Source: Opitutaceae bacterium (GTDB lineage: Bacteria > Verrucomicrobiota > Verrucomicrobiia > Opitutales > Coraliomargaritaceae). From it: DNA of 64,000 bases. Shown here in pieces: positions 59,431 through 64,000 of this stretch. The notes beneath the pieces were generated by a model, which made no database searches, had not been told where the DNA came from, and was given only the letters and a program-made list of their open reading frames with translations. The stretch covers positions 32,001-96,000 of the forward strand of contig JBPOFY010000011.1 in NCBI GenBank assembly GCA_051252375.1, given 5' to 3'. Numbering within the stretch: the first letter of the stretch is position 1; every line of letters starts with the position of its first letter. The position numbers and the translations under genes were made by a program.

Positions 59431-60681
59431 CTAGACGTTCTGTTGCAAGTATGCTTCTACTTTTGAAAGGACGTCAGTTGCTTCTTCTTCTGTGAAGCCT
59501 GCGTCGAGAAGGTCTGAGGTGGAAACACCTTCGAAAGCCTCAGGGCTAACGAAACCGATTGCGACCAATCGGCTGGCAAGTTCGGGAGCAATTCCAGGAA
59601 TGACATTCAGGCCTTGAACAGCCTTTGCCACTTTCTCGTCGAATCCGACGGCTTCCTTTTCTTCCTTACCGATGTCGAGTTTCCAACCGAGGAGACGTGA
59701 AGTAAGCTTAGCGTTAAAGCCACGGCGACCAATCGCGATGGATAGGTCGTCCTCAATTACTTCAAAATGGATACGATGGTCACGCTCATTGATCTTAATA
59801 TTGCGAGGCACTGCTGGCTTAAGCGCTTCCTCAAGCAATTGAATCGGATCTTGGTAGTAGCGGATGATGTCGATTTTTTCACCACCGAGTTCGCGAACGA
59901 TCGTTTTAACACGAGCACCACGAGCACCGACGCAAGCGCCAACTGGGTCAACTTTCGGGTCGTTGCTGTTCACTGCAATCTTCGTGCGGTAGCCGGCTTC
60001 ACGAGCCATGGCTTCGATCGAAACTGTGCCGTCCGCGATCTCAGTCACTTCGAGTTCGAAGAGACGACGGACAAAATTGATATTCGAGCGGGAAAGAATG
60101 ATATCTGGGCCACGATTGGTTTGCTCAATCTTGAGCAATAGGCAGCGGATGCTTTCACCGGGTGCATAATCTTCACCGGGAACACGCTCGCGTGGCGGCA
60201 AAATGGCTTCGGCTTTACCGAGGTCGATGATCAAATCACCACGCTCACGGCGACGAACGATACCAGTGACGATGTCACCAACGGTGTCCTTATAGTCGTC
60301 ATAGATGCGATCCTTCTCGAATTGGCGAATGCGCTGCATGATCGCTTGGCGCGCTGTTTGCGCCGCGATACGACCAAGATATGCAGGATCGACTTCAAGC
60401 TCAAGGTCCTCGCCGATTTCGACATCAGGCTTAATTTTGCGGGCCTTTTCAATGTGAATCTCAAGTAGTTCATCTCCCACGGAGTCAACGACTTGCCTAA
60501 TACTCCACGCTTTCAACGCACCCGTCTTAGGGTTGATCATGACACGGAGGTCTTGACCAGCGCTATCACCCTTTTGGGCAGCGCCAATGATTGCAGAAGA
60601 GATGGCTTCGATCATGTCTGGACGACTGATCCCCTTCTCCTTCTCCATGTATTCTAAAACTGAAAGTATTTCGTGACTCAT
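59431..60681 (-). CDS. nusA: Transcription termination factor NusA
   Basis: [11 protein letters not shown]1 and KH domains, [23 protein letters not shown]. Confidence 0.97.
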   Translation of the reverse strand: MSHEILSVLEYMEKEKGISRPDMIEAISSAIIGAAQKGDSAGQDLRVMINPKTGALKAWSIRQVVDSVGDELLEIHIEKARKIKPDVEIGEDLELEVDPAYLGRIAAQTARQAIMQRIRQFEKDRIYDDYKDTVGDIVTGIVRRRERGDLIIDLGKAEAILPPRERVPGEDYAPGESIRCLLLKIEQTNRGPDIILSRSNINFVRRLFELEVTEIADGTVSIEAMAREAGYRTKIAVNSNDPKVDPVGACVGARGARVKTIVRELGGEKIDIIRYYQDPIQLLEEALKPAVPRNIKINERDHRIHFEVIEDDLSIAIGRRGFNAKLTSRLLGWKLDIGKEEKEAVGFDEKVAKAVQGLNVIPGIAPELASRLVAIGFVSPEAFEGVSTSDLLDAGFTEEEATDVLSKVEAYLQQNV

Positions 60682-60693
60682 TGCGGCAATAAA

Positions 60694-60780
60694 TAGAAAA
60701 AGCGGGGACGAGCCCGCTTAAAGATGTTGCTGGGTTAAATTGTGAAGGAGGGAAAGTAAAGGGCTCTAGAGTCTTGTCAA
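60694..60780 (-). promoter_or_regulatory. nusA promoter and rimP-leader-like attenuator hairpin
   Basis: TTGACA(60780-60775)-N16-TACTTT(60758-60753); hairpin AAGCGGG-CTCGTC-CCCGCTT-TTC just upstream of the ATG. Confidence 0.65.
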
Positions 60781-60944
60781 GAGCCAGTGTGGGGCCCCCG
60801 AATGATAGTTGAACAGGGCATTTCAGCATCGATTTCGCCCCAACTGATTGAGCCAACACCTCCAAGATTACACAGACAGCTCAACTCAGGCTCTCAGTTT
60901 CGACTTGCCCCACACCTGCAAACGAACAACTTACGCACTCCATT

Positions 60945-60996
60945 TGCCCTGCTAAGGAATTCCCAGGGCATCGCTGTTACAGCAAACACTGAATTC
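60945..60996 (+). promoter_or_regulatory. Candidate preQ1-II/III-like riboswitch (pseudoknot) directly upstream of queC
   Basis: Stem TGCCCTG/CAGGGCA with 12-nt loop CTAAGGAATTCC, hairpin GCTG-TTA-CAGC, and GAATTC next to the ATG able to pair with the loop. Confidence 0.45.
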
Positions 60997-61701
60997 ATGA
61001 AAACCGTTTTAATCTATTCCGGTGGGCTCGACTCCACCGTATTGCTCTATCACTTGTGCGCCGCCGGACACGACCTGCACGCACTTTCGGTGGACTACGG
61101 GCAACGCCATCGCTGCGAACTAAAGCGAGCGGCCAGTATCTGCGCGAAACTAGGCATACCCAACCCCGTCGCCGACCTCTCTTCAATACAGCCACTTTTA
61201 GCGGGCAGCAGTCTCACCTCGCCGGAGATCGAAGTGGCAGAGGGGCACTACACCGAAGAATCCATGAAAAGCACAGTGGTGCCGAATCGGAACATGATTC
61301 TACTCTCCGTCGCGACTGGCCACGCGCTATCCATCGGCGCTGAGCAAGTAGCCTATGCCGCCCATAGTGGTGACCACGCGATCTACCCCGACTGCCGCAA
61401 CGAGTTTGCGGATGCCATGGCAACCGCCATCGAGCTCTGCGACTGGAATCAAGTCGAACTCATCCGCCCTTTCGTTGATTGGACCAAAGCCGACATCGTT
61501 CGACGCGGCGCAGAGCTAAACCTACCCTTTGCCGAAACTTGGTCCTGCTACAAAGGCGGCGACCTGCACTGCGGTCGTTGCGGCACCTGCATCGAACGCC
61601 GCGAGGCTTTCGACCTCGCCCGAGTCGAAGATCCGACTGAATACGCACAAGATGCCCCCGCAGTGGACCAGCTTCGCGCCAACGAATGGCACCTCAGCTA
61701 A
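60997..61701 (+). CDS. queC: 7-cyano-7-deazaguanine synthase
   Basis: SGGLDST, DYGQRH, VPNRN, YPDCR, TWSCY...CGRCGTC; start at MKTVL (60997). Confidence 0.96.
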   Translation: MKTVLIYSGGLDSTVLLYHLCAAGHDLHALSVDYGQRHRCELKRAASICAKLGIPNPVADLSSIQPLLAGSSLTSPEIEVAEGHYTEESMKSTVVPNRNMILLSVATGHALSIGAEQVAYAAHSGDHAIYPDCRNEFADAMATAIELCDWNQVELIRPFVDWTKADIVRRGAELNLPFAETWSCYKGGDLHCGRCGTCIERREAFDLARVEDPTEYAQDAPAVDQLRANEWHLS

Positions 61702-61863
<162 letters not shown>

Positions 61864-61882
61864 AAAGAGATCTTCCGACGCC

Positions 61883-62311
61883 ATGCTCACCTGTAAAAAA
61901 ACCTATCGCGACATTCCATTCGCACACCGCCAGCACAAGCACGACGGTCACTGCGCCCTCATACACGGGCACAACTGGAGCATCACATTGACCTTTGCTT
62001 GCAGTGAAACGGACAAAAACGGATTCGTTGTCGATTTTGGCGATTTGAAATATCTAAAGCATTGGATCGACGATAACCTAGACCACGCTTGCTTGTTCAA
62101 CGAATCGGATCCCGAGAAGGACACACTGCTCGCCCACTCTGGCCACCTGTTCAAGTCATACATCTTGCCGAACAGTTCCTGTGAGGGGCTCGCTCAACAC
62201 ATCCACACGGTCTTCGATCCCATGGTTCGCGAAAAAACCAATGATCGCGTATGGATCGTCGAAGTCGAAATCTACGAAGATTCAAAAAACGCTGCGGCCT
62301 ACCGCCCATAG
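61883..62311 (+). CDS. queD: 6-carboxy-5,6,7,8-tetrahydropterin synthase
   Basis: [24 protein letters not shown]; lies between queC and queE. Confidence 0.92.
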   Translation: MLTCKKTYRDIPFAHRQHKHDGHCALIHGHNWSITLTFACSETDKNGFVVDFGDLKYLKHWIDDNLDHACLFNESDPEKDTLLAHSGHLFKSYILPNSSCEGLAQHIHTVFDPMVREKTNDRVWIVEVEIYEDSKNAAAYRP

Positions 62312-62317
62312 CTATTA

Positions 62318-62483
62318 GGCAGAATAATTAATGGCAGAATAATTTTTAACGAGGCATGCCGATTCATTACAACTCAGAGCTTCAGCGCGTTGATCAAACG
62401 TCATTTAAGCAAATTGACTATGCAGTCATCCTAGAAACGGTTTAACAGCACTCCTAAATTATTCTGCCAAAAATTATTCTGCA
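62318..62483 (+). pseudogene. Inverted GCAGAATAATT arms enclosing a 29-codon ORF (62356-62445); probable deleted GxxExxY-type gene
   Basis: Left arm GGCAGAATAATT x2, right arm AATTATTCTGC x2; ORF MPIHYNSELQRVDQTSFKQIDYAVILETV. Confidence 0.5.
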
Positions 62484-62499
62484 AAAAACTCCATCCATC

Positions 62500-63180
62500 A
62501 TGCTACCGATCCACGAACAATTTTACACCTTCCAAGGCGAAGGTGCGCACGCAGGTCGGGCGGCTTACTTCATTCGCACTTTCGGCTGCCCTGTGCATTG
62601 CCCTTGGTGTGATTCCGCAGGCACTTGGCATCCCGATTACATACCCAAGCACATCAATCGCCTTTCTGTAGAAGCACTGGTCGACGAAGTCGCTAAGACC
62701 CAGGCCGAGATCACTGTCATCACCGGCGGCGAACCCGCGATTCACGACTTAACCAAACTAGTCGACGCACTACACGGCATCGGACAAAAGGTGCACCTCG
62801 AAACAAGCGGCGCCTTTGCCATCAAAGGTGATCTCGACTGGGTCACTCTCAGTCCAAAACGCTGGAAACTGCCACTCGCAGAGAACATTGCCCGGGCAGA
62901 TGAGTTCAAAATCATCGTGGATCGGATTGAAGCACTGGACGAATACAGCCAGATGCTAAGCGAACTCGGAGCGAACCCAACGACTCCGGTTTGGCTACAC
63001 CCCGAGTGGTCCCAGCACAGCAATCAAGCACTGCTCGACGCCATTACCGAATGGATTAAAAGCCACGGCGCGCCCTATCGCGCGGGCTGGCAAATGCACA
63101 AAAACTACGCCGCCGACCTGAAGGACGCCCGCAGTGCACCTGCCGCCCCACTCGGCGGCGACCCTACCCAGGGATATTAA
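62500..63180 (+). CDS. queE: 7-carboxy-7-deazaguanine synthase (radical SAM)
   Basis: [17 protein letters not shown] (CxxxCxxC), ITGGEP, ETSG, LSPK, QMHK. Confidence 0.95.
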   Translation: MLPIHEQFYTFQGEGAHAGRAAYFIRTFGCPVHCPWCDSAGTWHPDYIPKHINRLSVEALVDEVAKTQAEITVITGGEPAIHDLTKLVDALHGIGQKVHLETSGAFAIKGDLDWVTLSPKRWKLPLAENIARADEFKIIVDRIEALDEYSQMLSELGANPTTPVWLHPEWSQHSNQALLDAITEWIKSHGAPYRAGWQMHKNYAADLKDARSAPAAPLGGDPTQGY

Positions 63181-63256
63181 GCACAGAAAGGCTCAACGAC
63201 GTGAGCGGGAAACGCCCGGATAAAAAATCAAGGGGCCGAGAATAAATCATAAGGCA

Positions 63257-63354
63257 CTGGAGGGAAACGCTCCGTCGTTTCCGAACGTATGACTTGCAGT
63301 CTGGCGATTTAGAGCGCTCCCGACGAACGGCAATGACAGAGCATTGCCCTCCAG
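63257..63354. repeat. ~98-bp GGAG-type REP doublet, copy 2 (inverted relative to 28240-28336)
   Basis: Full-length similarity including the spacer. Confidence 0.9.
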
Positions 63355-63388
63355 CTATTGCCAGAATCTAAGCGAGCTTCCCCGACAC

Positions 63389-63424
63389 AAAAAAGCCCGC
63401 AAACTTCACAGTCCGCGGGCTTTT
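63389..63424. terminator. Intrinsic terminator between convergent queE and FKBP genes
   Basis: A6-GCCCGC...GCGGGC-T4. Confidence 0.75.
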
Positions 63425-63447
63425 GAAAATTTGTATCCAGAGTTTAA

Positions 63448-64000
63448 CTACTGAGGGTTTACTTCGATCAATTCACATTCGAAGATCAAAGTATCACCTG
63501 GCTTGATGGCACCACCCGGACGTGGGCTGTTGCCGTAGCCCAATTCACTTGGGATGTAGAGGATCACCTTACCGCCGGGAGCGATCGTAGTGAGACCTTC
63601 GCCGAAACCTTTAACCACACCGTTAAGTGGGAAAGTGGCAGGTGCGCCGCGGTCATATGAGCTATCAAACTGAGTGCCGTCGATCAATGTGCCTTTGTAA
63701 TGAACAAGCACTGTGTCTTCCATGGTTGGCTTGTCGCCTTCACCAGCTTCGATCACTTTGTAGTGGAGTCCGGACTCAGAAGCTTCAACGCCTTCTTGGC
63801 CCTTCAATTCTTCGAAGAACTTCGCAGCCGCTTCGATGTTACCAGAAGCCGCTTCAGCAGCTGCTGCTTCCATCTTCTCTTGAGCGGCAGCCGCACGAGC
63901 TTGGATGAACTCTTGGAATGCACCCATTTTAGCCATCATTTCTGGACTTGGTTCGCCATCAGCGAGGCCCTTAGCGATACCCGCAGAAATAGCAGGTGCA
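63448..64000 (-). CDS. FKBP-type peptidyl-prolyl cis-trans isomerase (FkpA/Mip-like); 5' end beyond the window
   Basis: [43 protein letters not shown]; frame stays open to the window end. Confidence 0.93.
   Translation of the reverse strand, partial: APAISAGIAKGLADGEPSPEMMAKMGAFQEFIQARAAAAQEKMEAAAAEAASGNIEAAAKFFEELKGQEGVEASESGLHYKVIEAGEGDKPTMEDTVLVHYKGTLIDGTQFDSSYDRGAPATFPLNGVVKGFGEGLTTIAPGGKVILYIPSELGYGNSPRPGGAIKPGDTLIFECELIEVNPQ

Noticed and set aside
58651..59466. 271-aa Gly/Ala-rich ORF and other long antisense ORFs (e.g. 19995-20894, 40711-41328, 41644-42363)
   Set aside because: Shadow frames of well-supported genes (infB, pnp, ileS)
60787..60996. N-terminal extension of QueC
   Set aside because: Homology starts at MKTVL (60997); the region is promoter and leader
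60945..60996. Canonical preQ1 class I riboswitch
   Set aside because: Lacks the class I stem-loop consensus and long A-rich tail; reported instead as a class II/III-like candidate

Overview
Chromosomal backbone of a Verrucomicrobiota bacterium; the Opitutia/Puniceicoccaceae-like assignment is inferred from gene style, sulfatases and repeat families. It carries about 50 mostly housekeeping genes: pilT/U, dapAB, ruvA, rpsO-pnp, fabV, cysK, infA, tadA, sodA, tgt, ribH-nusB-ftsY, aroB, gpmI, ileS-dksA-lspA, menA, nusA-infB-rbfA-nrnA-truB-ribF, queC-queD-queE and an FKBP. Accessory genes are a 2122-aa acidic autotransporter, two sulfatases, a YcaQ/AlkZ-like glycosylase beside a TetR remnant, and a DUF1611 + PLP-racemase pair. 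No rRNA, tRNA, CRISPR array, prophage or intact transposase was seen. The most interesting signals are non-coding or small-scale: (i) a pseudoknot-like RNA abutting the queC start codon that resembles preQ1 class II/III riboswitches; (ii) a uORF plus terminator (attenuator-like) leader before the autotransporter, whose passenger repeats a DAVE[S/G] motif; (iii) structured leaders before rpsO, nusA and the DUF1611 operon; (iv) many REP-like palindromes and inverted arms built from 6-, 7-, 10- and 15-bp subrepeats, one pair still enclosing a probable internally deleted GxxExxY-type gene. All family assignments come from motif recognition by eye; no database searches were run.
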